From: Naegleria gruberi
Taxonomy: Eukaryota
Length of the DNA: 64,000 nt
Assembly (NCBI GenBank): GCA_000004985.1
Contig: GG738845.1
Strand: one strand, 5' to 3'
The notes under the pieces were generated by a model. The model saw nothing but the letters and a program-made list of their open reading frames with translations. It was not told where the DNA came from and did no database searches. A program made the translations under genes and the position numbers. This document shows, piece by piece, positions 1 through 10,507 of the stretch; position 1 is the stretch's first letter; the number at the start of each line of letters is the position of its first letter.

Positions 1-782
1 ATCAATGAATTTAACACATCTCTTAGTGTAACCCTTCTTGAGACTGAATTTAACCTTATTATATCTGATACACTTCTTTGTCTTTGTGTATTTGGCACAA
101 ATCTTGTGACATTTTTGTTGACAGAAAGCATGATAGTAAGTATCAGTCCATCCCTTATAGTGTTTACCTTGAACCTTCTTCCATCCCTTTTGGCATTTAC
201 AGACTTGCTTATAGGCAGAACAGTAAGCATCGAGTTTGTATTCAGCACATCTCTTCTTGTAATGATAGCCAACTTTTGGAACATTGATGAATTTAGCACA
301 GACATTTGACTTGTCATACTTGGTACAAACGAAATGATAAGCATATTCATCACAGGCATTGTTCTTTCCCTTATGTTCACACAGATTCTTCCATGTTGAC
401 TTGATACAATACTTTTCACTCTTATGTTTATCACAAACTTGTTTGTAACCTTTTGAAAAAGTTTACAAAAATTTTGTAAAATTTCAAATAACTTACCATG
501 ACCCAAACATAATTTTCTAGATTTGGAATATTTATCACACTTGCTGAATCTCTTATATTTCAAACATTTTCCTTTACCAACCAACTTCCAATCGCAGCAC
601 TCTTTCTTAGTACCAACCCATTCATAATCAGAACATTTTCCCTTTACACTTTTGTAATGAGTACATTTCGAATAACAAAACTTTTGATGATCTGCATAAC
701 TATCAACAGGTTTACTCAACTCTGTTGCCTGAATGAAAGCAATGCAAAGTGAAAGTATCAATAATATTGTTGCAATCTTCAT
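1..782 (-). CDS. Secreted cysteine-, lysine- and tyrosine-rich repeat protein. The 3' end runs off the window. There are two exons, with a 47-nt intron at about 450-496.
   Basis: Translating the minus strand from the ATG at about 782 gives a signal peptide MKIATILLILSLCIAFIQA. It is followed by repeated C-x-KY and C-x-K units of about 30 aa, for example CYSKCTHYKSVKGKC, CDKYSKSRKLC, CDKHKSEKYC and CAKYTKTKKC. The reading frame stays open across a GTAAGT..AG intron and continues to position 1. Confidence 0.55.
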   Translation of the reverse strand, partial: MKIATILLILSLCIAFIQATELSKPVDSYADHQKFCYSKCTHYKSVKGKCSDYEWVGTKKECCDWKLVGKGKCLKYKRFSKCDKYSKSRKLCLGHGKLFEILQNFCKLFQKVTNKFVINIRVKSIVSSQHGRICVNIRERTMPVMNMLIISFVPSMTSQMSVLNSSMFQKLAIITRRDVLNTNSMLTVLPISKSVNAKRDGRRFKVNTIRDGLILTIMLSVNKNVTRFVPNTQRQRSVSDIIRLNSVSRRVTLRDVLNSL

Positions 783-1021
783 ATTTGTTTTTTTTATTCT
801 AAATAATAAATTGCGAAATGTGATATTTAAACCAACCACAGTTCAAATCAAAATGTCATACATATATGAAAATGATACTCTTCAATTCATTTTACTCAAA
901 GTCAATTCTAAAACAAGTTTATACAATTCTCAATAGTATTTGTACCATATCAGAAAAGTGGTCATTGAAGTTGTGAGAGTTTGTTGCAAAAATTATTTTA
1001 TGACCAAACACATCAAAAAAA

Positions 1022-2591
1022 ATGTCAGGCAACAACTTTAATTACCAACCAATGCCACCATCACATTTTTACACTTCTTCCTATTCTTATAATAATAATA
1101 ATATTTTACCGTCATCATTCAATAATATTGTCAGACCTCCAATTATTACACCACCATCCATTGAAGAATATGAAAAGATGATCCAAGAAAGAAATGAAAA
1201 ACTATCCACCATGGTTTTTAATAATACTCCCTACAAGAATATAATTATAAATCATCAACAAAACAAATCATCAGATCAAAAAATTCGTATTGGATCAATA
1301 ATAGATCCTGATATTGTGGAGGGTAGAGAAAAATTTTCCATTCCTAAAGAATGGTTACCTTATTTAGAACATTACAAAACATCTGTTGCATTTATAAGCT
1401 CAGATGAATTTGAAAAGATTGGTGTTAATGAAAATAATATTGAAAATATTTTGAGATTGATGAGATTGTGGGATGAAAGTAGATTGACTCTCAAACCAGA
1501 AGAAGAGGCACAATGGGCTTATAAAGCTCTAGATGCATCATCAGAATATTCTCCATCATGGAGTCCATCTAATCTTACTGGTTGTTCAAATACCTATCCT
1601 AAACATGGTACTGTATTTTTTTATTTTCATATATATTTTACTAAAATTTAAAGGTGACTTTACAACTGCTTGGGCTCCAAAAGATGAAAAAGGTAAAATG
1701 GAATTTGTAATTTTAGAATTTAAAAATTATTACAAAATTAGAGGAATTCAAATTTTTGAAACCAATTATCCAGGAGCTATTGTTACAATATCATGTTTAC
1801 CAAGAGGAAAAGACAAGTACCAACAAGTAATCGATGGATCAATTGTAGGATCAACAACTTTTGAAGAAAATGATTCATGGGTAGTACTCTATCAAGGTAA
1901 TCCTCAACAACGAGAAATACCAATGAATTCTAGAATATTCAATCCTACACTTTATCCTACAAATTTCGATTCTAAAATAATCAGATTGGATATGGATACT
2001 ACATTATCAAATTCTTGGTCTGAAATTGATGCTGTTAAATTAATAGGAATACCATCAACAATAAGAGAAGAAGAGGAATATTGGGTCTCCTCCATTGTTG
2101 ACTTTTCATCAGAATATAGTGGATGGCCAGTGACTAATATTATTGGACCTTCAAGAGTATTTCCAAATTATGGAGATATAAGAGAGGCATGGTAAGTTTT
2201 ATATACTTTTTTATTAACAAGTTTATACAATAATTACAGGGCACCTTCAAAATCACGTAATACTATATCATTGGAGTTTGTTATTTTAGAATTTCCACAA
2301 TCTTTATCAGCTAAAAGAATTGATATTTTTGAAACTTTCAATCCAGGAAGTTTAATTAGAATAATAGGATATTCAACAAATCCAAAAACTGATATCTACT
2401 CAACTCCATATGTTATTTATTCAGGAATGGCTAATCCACAACTAGAAAAAGTTTCTAGAATTAATTCTATTCAGGTTGGCAATGAATTCAGCTCAATTCC
2501 AATCAAATTTTTAAAGTTAGAAATAGATACAAGTGGAAATTCAGGATTTTATGAAATTGATGCTGTAAAGTTAATAGGCTATAGTTTTTAA
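1022..2591 (+). CDS. Protein with two tandem domains of about 110 aa, each a possible galactose-binding-like (DOC/discoidin-like) fold. Three exons, with introns at about 1608-1653 and 2192-2239.
   Basis: Three ORF-track segments (1022.., 1533.., 2271..) join through GT..AG introns while keeping the frame. The second and third exons each open with a related repeat: KMEFVILEFKNYYKIRGIQIFETNYPG...EIDAVKLIGIPS and SLEFVILEFPQSLSAKRIDIFETFNPG...EIDAVKLIGYSF. Confidence 0.5.
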
Positions 2592-3499
2592 TTACTCTTT
2601 TCCTTAATATCAAGTTTAACCATTGTTCTGAATGGATCATAATAAGTCATTTCAGCTTCTTCTACACCATGACCAAGTAAAGTCATATATTTCCACAATG
2701 TAGATTTGGCATTTGCTGCTATAGCTGTCATAATGTGCCAAAATACATGTAAATACAGAAAATAAACATTTGGACAAAAATAAAATTCTATTGCCCAAAG
2801 TATGAAAGCAACCAAGAAGAATACGAAATAAATTAAATAAACTCGTCTAACATTTCTAGAGCAGGCATCAATTTTTTCTTGAGAAGCATGTGGTAAAACC
2901 TTTTTAAACCATATCTCTAAATTATTTCCTCTATAAACATGAAGAGCTTCTAGTAGTGTTGAGATATTCAATAGAGCAGCAAAAACATAAACGAAAATAG
3001 AATAACTGTCAGAAACCCAAATAGTTGAAATTGAATGACCAACTGTCACAAATGTCAATACACTTGAAACTAGTATATTATACCATAAACATTCATCATC
3101 TTCCTTATTTCTCAATAAGAACATGTGTATTCCAAGCATTACAGCAACAACCATAGGAATTTCATCAAAGTATTGGAAAAATCTTGTAAGGGTACAATGT
3201 AATAGAGCACTTCCCAATCCAAGAATCATTGAACATACACTACTTAAAACAAATCTCCAGTAAAACCTATTTTTCTTTCCATAACAATATTTGAACGTAA
3301 AATAAAGATGAGAGATGGAAATTAAACAGTAAACCAATGAAGAAATGGTATTGGCAGGCTCAGCAATAAATGAAGTATGTTGGAAATTGGCTTCACAAAA
3401 ATCAACAGTTGACGTTATTAATGTCTTTCCTGCATCATCCCGAGAGTAGAAAGATGGATATCCCTCAAAAGATGAATGGCTTTGGTCTGCTTGAAGCAT
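2588..3499 (-). CDS. Alkaline ceramidase (ACER/YPC1 family), single exon, 303 aa.
   Basis: The ORF begins at an ATG at 3499. The N-terminus reads VDFCEANFQHTSFIAEPANTISSL, which matches the conserved ceramidase motif (vdwCEeNY...yIAEf.NT.SN). The protein has a multi-pass hydrophobic profile with conserved His and Asp residues. Confidence 0.7.
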   Translation of the reverse strand: MLQADQSHSSFEGYPSFYSRDDAGKTLITSTVDFCEANFQHTSFIAEPANTISSLVYCLISISHLYFTFKYCYGKKNRFYWRFVLSSVCSMILGLGSALLHCTLTRFFQYFDEIPMVVAVMLGIHMFLLRNKEDDECLWYNILVSSVLTFVTVGHSISTIWVSDSYSIFVYVFAALLNISTLLEALHVYRGNNLEIWFKKVLPHASQEKIDACSRNVRRVYLIYFVFFLVAFILWAIEFYFCPNVYFLYLHVFWHIMTAIAANAKSTLWKYMTLLGHGVEEAEMTYYDPFRTMVKLDIKEKSN

Positions 3500-3720
3500 T
3501 TTTTTGTTTTGTTAATTGAGTGATTTTTTGAGGTGAGGTTGGAGATTAATTTTTGGTCCGACAGATTAGGGCGCACTAAATCAAGAACAGAACCTCAATA
3601 AGCAAGAGAAACAATTTTAGACATGACAAGGAGATTAAATTTATTTATTTTACAACAATTAGTGATTAAATTTACAATCTTTTGATGATTAATTTGCTTG
3701 GTGGTGATTGAGGATTCTTT

Positions 3721-4734
3721 TTACATCATTCCATTCTTCTTGTGTAAGCAAAACATGTCTGCAATTCCACTAACTTTTTCAAATAAATGTCTTTCTTCAT
3801 CAGAAGACATTTGACCATCTAATTCTCCCTTTCTTAAAATCCCCCAATTTGTAAAAATGAAGTGTACTGCCTTATCATGAATATCTTGTTCTTCTCCTCT
3901 TGTTGCAAGAGAAAATATTCTTCCAACATTTTTCAATGTAATGGAGGTAGACATTTTCTTTGCATATTCACCAACAATACCAATTAAACCCATTCTTTCT
4001 GCCAAATTGAATAATTCAGTTAAATCTTCATCAGATGAAATTCCTTGCTTCTCACAACTTGATTCAAAATCTTCAGTGTAACAATATTGTATTATTGCTC
4101 TAATATGTTTTTCTGATGATGGTTGGAATTGATCCAAATCAATTTCCATTGGATTTGACAACATATTCTCCTTTCTTTCTCTCATATATTTAGCAAAATT
4201 TTCAGGAGCAATATAAGGTGTTGAGGATTGGGGTGGTGTTGGTTTGTTTGAAACTTGAGAAAGTACATTTCTAAATTTTGTACAATGACAAGCTAAAACC
4301 AATCTATGCATTTGAATTGGTTGTTTTAAATATTTTGATTTAAGAGCCAAATCTGCTAGAGGCATCTTTTCATAAATGGTTGGCATTGAATACTTTATCC
4401 ATTTTGAGGTTGAGGTACCGGATGTTTTGAGAAACTCTTCAACCTTTTTATATTGAGGAAACTCCTTGTCAATTTTACCAGTTAAAATATATTCTAAGGC
4501 TTTGATAGTAATGTCAGTATCATATGTTGTTTTATAAGTAATAATACCATTCTTCTCCTTCTTTAAAACTTGAAGTTCAGGTGCATTGTTTTGAATAAAT
4601 AATTGATAGAATGGAATAGAATCTCCTGTTGATGTTGTAAGAATGGCGTCATACAAGTGAGGATACTGATTATTGATTTCATTTCTTGAAAGTAAATATT
4701 TGATTGAGCGACCTGGATGTTTAGAGGATGACAT
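3721..4734 (-). CDS. Hypothetical protein with BTB/POZ-like segments, 337 aa.
   Basis: The ORF has a real ATG at 4734. Two segments fit a BTB-like pattern: YDAILTTSTGDSIPFYQLFIQNNAPELQ and IQMHRLVLACHCTKFRNVL. The family assignment is tentative. Confidence 0.35.
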   Translation of the reverse strand: MSSSKHPGRSIKYLLSRNEINNQYPHLYDAILTTSTGDSIPFYQLFIQNNAPELQVLKKEKNGIITYKTTYDTDITIKALEYILTGKIDKEFPQYKKVEEFLKTSGTSTSKWIKYSMPTIYEKMPLADLALKSKYLKQPIQMHRLVLACHCTKFRNVLSQVSNKPTPPQSSTPYIAPENFAKYMRERKENMLSNPMEIDLDQFQPSSEKHIRAIIQYCYTEDFESSCEKQGISSDEDLTELFNLAERMGLIGIVGEYAKKMSTSITLKNVGRIFSLATRGEEQDIHDKAVHFIFTNWGILRKGELDGQMSSDEERHLFEKVSGIADMFCLHKKNGMM

Positions 4735-4886
4735 TTTTTTCTTTCTTTTTGAAAACTTACAATATTATGACCACAATTTAAACACTAAAGTTGACCACAG
4801 ATGATTTAATAATTGAAGTTGAAAGATGGAGGAGATAGACACGAGTCCTCTCTTCAGAGATAAGGTGCGGATGTATAGTAAGAATA

Positions 4887-5886
4887 TTAAGAAATTACTT
4901 TGGAAATTGCTCTAAATACTGTTGATACCCACAACATGTAAATCATATGAACCAATACAACAATACCCAATAGAATAAATCCGTTTGTTTTCTTTACAAC
5001 TTGTTTTGGTCCTGATACATTTTGTAAACTTGTTTCAGCTGTTCTTGAATAAAAAGTCAAACCAAAATTAATACTTCCTGATAACCCAATTGTAAAATAT
5101 AACAAGTATGGAATAATTGTCGATAAAGATCCAGCTCCATATAAAACAAAAACGACAACTTGAATGAGGCAAATAGGCACAAGTTGATATCCTGTAATGC
5201 ATAAAATAGAAATTAAACTTAAATTACATCCAAGAATTAATCCAGCAATAAGGAAGAAAATAGATGCACCAATCCAATAAACAAATGATGCGAATAAACT
5301 TGTTCCAATCAATGTTCCTTCATTCTTTCCAATTTGATTATATTTAATAATTATTGTTAGAAGGTTTCAATAACATATTGTTAATAGATTTGATGATTAA
5401 TTATAATGTGTGAGTATTAATTGCAATAAAACAATCAAATTTTCATTATTATTGTTAGTATATTAATTTCCTTTAAAATAAACCTACAACATGAACATCA
5501 GAAAACTTCATTTGAAAATCTAATATTATAGCTAAAGTAAATGTAGCAACAAGTGGAACAAATAAATCCGGTTCCTCAATGTGATTGATCATGGGGTTAA
5601 GAGGTTTAACAGAGTTGATTATTCTCTGAAAAACTTGTTTTTCTTCTAAATTAATAAAGTATGGTTTTAAAAATCCGAAGGAAAACCATGATGGTACGAC
5701 TTTGGAAGTTGTGCTTTGTAGCATTGATTTAGCAAATTGAAATTGAAAAGAATTCGTAAGCTCATCCTCATCTTGATCTGGTATTGTTGGTGTGGATGTT
5801 TTCGTTGTCTTGGGTTTACTTTCTTCCAGTGATGAGAGGTTTTCATCAAAGTTTGATTCTATCCAATCAGAGTTGTTATTATTCAT
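4887..5886 (-). CDS. Yip1-domain family membrane protein. Two exons, with an intron of about 163 nt at about 5325-5487.
   Basis: The ATG lies at about 5886 (MNNNNSDWIES...). The frame is maintained from the end of exon 1 (...SDVHV, followed by GTAGGT) to an acceptor before NEGTLIGTSLFASFVYWIGASIFF.... The C-terminal half consists of multiple transmembrane helices typical of Yip1/YIF1 proteins. Confidence 0.5.
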
Positions 5887-6129
5887 GATGATATTTTTTA
5901 ATAAAATATTATTAACAAAATATTCGGAAAGAAATAAAATCTTCATAATAAATCATCTTTAAAAGTTGAATCATTTAATAAACTAAATAATTAGTGATAA
6001 TAAGTCATCTTTATAATGAAAACATTTGGGAGGGGAAAGTGAAAAACCAACAGATAGAACTTCAACAAAAAATGGCACCTCATAAACGCATAGGACAAAT
6101 TTAATTTCTCTTTTGAATTTTTAAAAAAA

Positions 6130-7482
6130 ATGACTAAGAAGAACAATCCATCTCTCCCACCACAAGTGGAGGATTTGAGAACAAGAGTTCGTGTTGGTAG
6201 ACACGCTCCTACACAAACATCAACAATTAGCTATCACTCTAGTTTTCAAAATTTAAATTATGATAATAGTTTTTCTTTAGAGGACTTTCAAGAAAACTTA
6301 CGGATTAATATTCTTAAACGTGATGAAAATGATTTAGTATTTGAAATGATTGGAATTGATGCTCCTATTGCTAATGCTTTCAGAAGAATTATGTTATCCG
6401 AAGTTCCATCTATGGCTATTGAAAAAGTTGTTTATTTAACAAATACATCTATTATTCAAGATGAAGTCCTTGCTCATAGAATTGGTTTGGTACCAATTAG
6501 ATGCGATCCAGACTTTTTCTTCTTTGCTAGGGATATTAATCAAAATGAAGATATTAGTGCATTTGCTCCTCCACAAGAAAGCAAGTACAAAAACACGAAT
6601 GTTGACTCTGATGATTCTGATGATGATGAAATTCATCCACCTTTACCAACAATGGCTACCTATGCACCATCTTTAGCAAACAAATCTACACCTTTTTGGC
6701 AACCTCCAGAAGTTTTACTTGATAACGAATATATTTTATTTGAGTTGAATGTTACTTGTGAAAAGACATTGGTTCCAAATCCACATAACCAAAACAAACT
6801 TGAATACAAGCATTCTAAAGTCTATTCAGGTGATTTAAAGTGGGTTCCAATAGGAAATCAATCAACTCACTTCAATGGAGAAAATGCAATTAGACCTGTT
6901 TATGATGATATTTTATTAGCCAAGTTGAATCCTGGACAATCTATTCACGTACAATGTTATTGTGTTAAAGGAATTGGTAGAAGTCATGCTAAATGGCAAC
7001 CTGTTGCTACTGCTACATATCGTTTAATGCCAGAAGTTGTTTTTAAAGGAGAACCTGTTACTGAACTTAAACAAGCTAAGGAACTTGTTGAAAAATGTCC
7101 AATGAATGTATTTGATATTGAAGATTCTCCACAAACAGAATTTGATTCTAAGGTTCGTGTTGCTCGTCCAATGAATTGTACAATGTGCAGAGAATGTATT
7201 CGTGAAGATAATTGGGACAAGAGAATTCAATTATCAAGAGTGAAAGATCATTTCATTTTCTCCATTGAAAGTGTTGGTTCTATACCAGGTGGACCAGCAG
7301 AAATTTTCAGACGTGCTCTCAAGATTTTCTGGCAAAAGTGTGAAGCACATTTGATTAATTTAAGAAATAATCCAATAGGTTCAAGACAAACTACTTCATC
7401 CGAAACGAATGAACAAGATGATGTTGAAATGAAAGAATCATCAAAGAAGGATAAGAAAAAGAAGAAGAAAATTTTACAATAA
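6130..7482 (+). CDS. POLR1C: DNA-directed RNA polymerases I and III subunit RPAC1 (AC40), single exon, with an acidic insertion.
   Basis: The segment DENDLVFEMIGIDAPIANAFRRIMLSEVPSMAIEKVVYLTNTSIIQDEVLAHRIGLVPI matches the RPB3/AC40 alpha-like dimerisation domain. A C-terminal motif CTMCRECIRE is present. Confidence 0.85.
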   Translation: MTKKNNPSLPPQVEDLRTRVRVGRHAPTQTSTISYHSSFQNLNYDNSFSLEDFQENLRINILKRDENDLVFEMIGIDAPIANAFRRIMLSEVPSMAIEKVVYLTNTSIIQDEVLAHRIGLVPIRCDPDFFFFARDINQNEDISAFAPPQESKYKNTNVDSDDSDDDEIHPPLPTMATYAPSLANKSTPFWQPPEVLLDNEYILFELNVTCEKTLVPNPHNQNKLEYKHSKVYSGDLKWVPIGNQSTHFNGENAIRPVYDDILLAKLNPGQSIHVQCYCVKGIGRSHAKWQPVATATYRLMPEVVFKGEPVTELKQAKELVEKCPMNVFDIEDSPQTEFDSKVRVARPMNCTMCRECIREDNWDKRIQLSRVKDHFIFSIESVGSIPGGPAEIFRRALKIFWQKCEAHLINLRNNPIGSRQTTSSETNEQDDVEMKESSKKDKKKKKKILQ

Positions 7483-7589
7483 ACTATTTTAATAATAATT
7501 ATATTAATAATAATTGAATAATTTCAACAAAATTAATTTCAGCAATTTGTTTGAACAAGCTTGTAAAAAAAAGAACAACAATAAAAAAA

Positions 7590-10497
7590 ATGACCAACAA
7601 GAGAAAAGCAAATGCTCCACCAAAAGATTTCAAGAAGGAAGTATGTAAATTTGTGATGATTTAATAATAACAATCGGAATAGAAAAAAAAAGTGGGAAGA
7701 AAATTAAAACCAACAAATTATACAAATATCGAATTCAAGACAAAGGGTATTTATATGGCCCACCAAAATTTGAGAACTGTAGATACATTGGAAAGTAATT
7801 GGGTTACAAGCAGAAATATTGGATTACAGGATATATTTCCAAAGTTAAAACACTATAATGTAAAAACTGTGGTGTCTGCTATGAAAAGTCTTTTGGAGTT
7901 AGTTACTCTACATCCTATTGTCTTGAAAGTTTATTTGGGAAAAATATTAAATGAAATATCACATTTACTCTTAATGGGAGAAGATGAAATTCATGCAGCA
8001 TTATATAATTTCTTGAGTTATAGTTTACCTAAAATATCAAGCGTAAGTTTGAGATAATTTGAACTTTTCCAATATTGTTTAGGCTTCTATCACTCCATTT
8101 ATATCATTATTAATGGCTTATCTTACATCGGGAATGACTCATCTTATTGGAGCTGTTAGAAGATATTCATTAAAGATTTTATCAAAATTTTTGGAACATT
8201 TTCCAATACCAATTTCCCAATATGCAGTTAGAGTAATGCCTAATATTTGTTACATTTTCATGTTGAGCAGAACAGGAGTCTTATATAAGGGAGCAAGATA
8301 TAGAAGCTTACAACAATTATGTGTTACTGTATTGGATAATTATCTTTCTGTTTTATTTGAAAATAACAAACTTGGAATACCATCCAGTAAAAAGGTTAAT
8401 CATACACATACACACAACCACATGAAAATGAACCTGACAAATATTAATTCATCATCATCTCAATCAACAGGTAATATTTACTTTTCTAACAATAGTTCTG
8501 AAAAGGCTCAATATTCATTTGATAATGTGGACCAAAAGAAACTTCACTTATTGAATCAATTGTTGACTAGAAAGATGGCTGTTCAAGATAATCTAGAAGA
8601 AAAAACAGTTAAGTTGGATGCTGAACAACTCCTAGAAGTTGGAGATGAAAAGAAAGTAGAACAAGAAGATAATGATAACAAACCATCTGAATTACCATCT
8701 CTTAGAAAATTATTACAAGAAGAAATGCAAATCAAAGTTTATAATTTAGAGGATGAAGAATCTATTGCTGAATTCTTTAAATTAATTTTCCATATACTTG
8801 TTGAGGTTTGGATTGAAATTTTTGAAGAACAAAGAGCTTCTGCAGCTAGTCACCATATTCAAACCGAATATGTGCTAACTGTTATCAAATCTGTCTTAGA
8901 TATTGCTTATCAACTTTTATATGCCTTTGAACACACTCAACAAGGTTCTCAAACTAAGAATATTAACAGCAAAATTGTAAATAAGGCATTGAAGAAATCA
9001 TTGAACCACTTTGTTACAAAGTTACCACTTCAACTTTCTTCTAAAATAAGACAAACAACAAATAGTATTGATAGAACCAATGCAAGCTTGCTTTCAATGC
9101 TATCATTTGCATTTGGAAAGTTTAGTACAGAAAAGGAAAGTAGCGAGATTACTTACAAAGAGTGGGAACTTGTTTATTTAAAGCAATTTTCATACTTTTT
9201 ATCAAGTGCAGAATCACTCAACTTGCATGATGAGGATTTTGCAAAACTTCTTGGATCATTCTATAGAATGTACAAATATTTACCACCTTCAATAGGAGCT
9301 CAATTATGGAAACATTTAACTAGTTTGTTTGTTAAACAAGGAGCTTATTCATCAAAGCAACAGTTAATTTTGGAATTCTTTGCTAATGTTGGACTTAAAG
9401 ATGAGTCAATTACACCTCCTCCAGATGTTATTGAACAGTGGGTAGCAGTATTAGTACCAATGCTATGCCAATTAGATGAAAAACATTATGAATTAAGCAA
9501 ACATATTCTTAATGTTTTACTTGGACTTGCTAAAAATCCAAAGTTCCAATCTTTCATATTGAAACAAGTCAATCAATCAATTGTTCCATTCTATTATGAT
9601 GAAGAAAAGAAACAATTTGGACCATTTGTAAATCTACCAAAATATTTACAATCCCTATCACTCCAGTTAATTTATTATTTTGATGTTTTACCTCCAGAGT
9701 TAATGAAACAAATATCAAGAGCATGCTGTAATACAGAAAAGAGACTAAATTTCGATTTGCTTACTCAAGTCATTGAGGTTGTGAGACATCATACAAACAA
9801 TGCAAGCAAGCAAAATAAGCTTAAGCCATCTGTACATATTAGTTTCCTGTGTACTATCCTGTGTTTTGTTTGCTCTCCAACTGGTGAAACTAACAACCAA
9901 ATTGGTCTTGTTGGTGTTGGTGATGTTATACAAGAAATCATTGTTTCACTTCAAGATTATTCCACTACTATCTTTTCAAAGTTGGTTCCTTTCTTAAGAA
10001 ATAATTTGGAAAAACAAGTTAAAACTGAAAAGCCAAATATTACACTATTGGGAGCTTTATTACAAATATCCGCCAAGACTATTAGTTGGACAAACATGGA
10101 GCAAATTGAAACAACAAATCTCTCACTAATTGAAGAACTTATACCGAAAGCTCTGGTTTGTTTCCTCAAACATACAATTCTCCAACAACGAAGATCAAAA
10201 TCATCTTCCATTATTACTAGAGAGATTTTAATCTCTTATTATCCAACCTTGAGAAATATTATCAGTTTACTAGATAATCAAATTTCAACACTTGAGCCTC
10301 ACTTTGTTTTGGATATTATTTTAGTTTGTATGAAAGTTGCTCTTTCTCATTATCATACCAATAAGGGAGAATCAACAACATTAATACAACAAATTGAACA
10401 GCAATGCAAGACACTATTTGAGAAGAATGAGTTTGTTGAGAATGAGTACTCATCAAAGAAGAATCAAATTTTAGGTCTTTTAAAGATGAATCAATAA
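7590..10497 (+). CDS. TEX10: TEX10/Ipi1 homologue, a component of the Rix1/PELP1 pre-60S processing complex. Three exons: about 7590-7640, 7683-8042 and 8083-10497.
   Basis: The N-terminus MTNKRKANAPPKDFKKE..KKKVGRKLKPTNYTNIEFKTKGIYMAHQNL resembles the Ipi1_N domain (KK-rich, then TNFTDTSFKTKSIVLPEQ). It is followed by a long helical-repeat body. The introns are GTATGT..AG and GTAAGT..AG, and the frame is maintained across both. Confidence 0.6.
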
Positions 10498-10507
10498 ATT
10501 AAGTTTA

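Noticed and set aside
3500-3720. The spacers at 3500-3720 and 4735-4886 were scanned for tRNA or snRNA genes.
   Set aside because: No cloverleaf-compatible sequence is evident by eye. There is no acceptor stem with its complement, no T-loop GTTCRA and no box A or box B. Confirmation needs tRNAscan-SE.
6436-7230. Small ORFs (66-78 aa) on both strands lie inside the RPAC1 gene. Similar nested small ORFs occur inside other large genes, for example 9745-10211, 11475-11696, 12501-13066, 20225-20867, 28677-29601, 42553-42750, 43762-43998 and 58092-58403.
   Set aside because: Each is fully contained within a long, well-supported CDS. The translations have an odd composition, and there is no independent support such as splice signals, domains or a start context.
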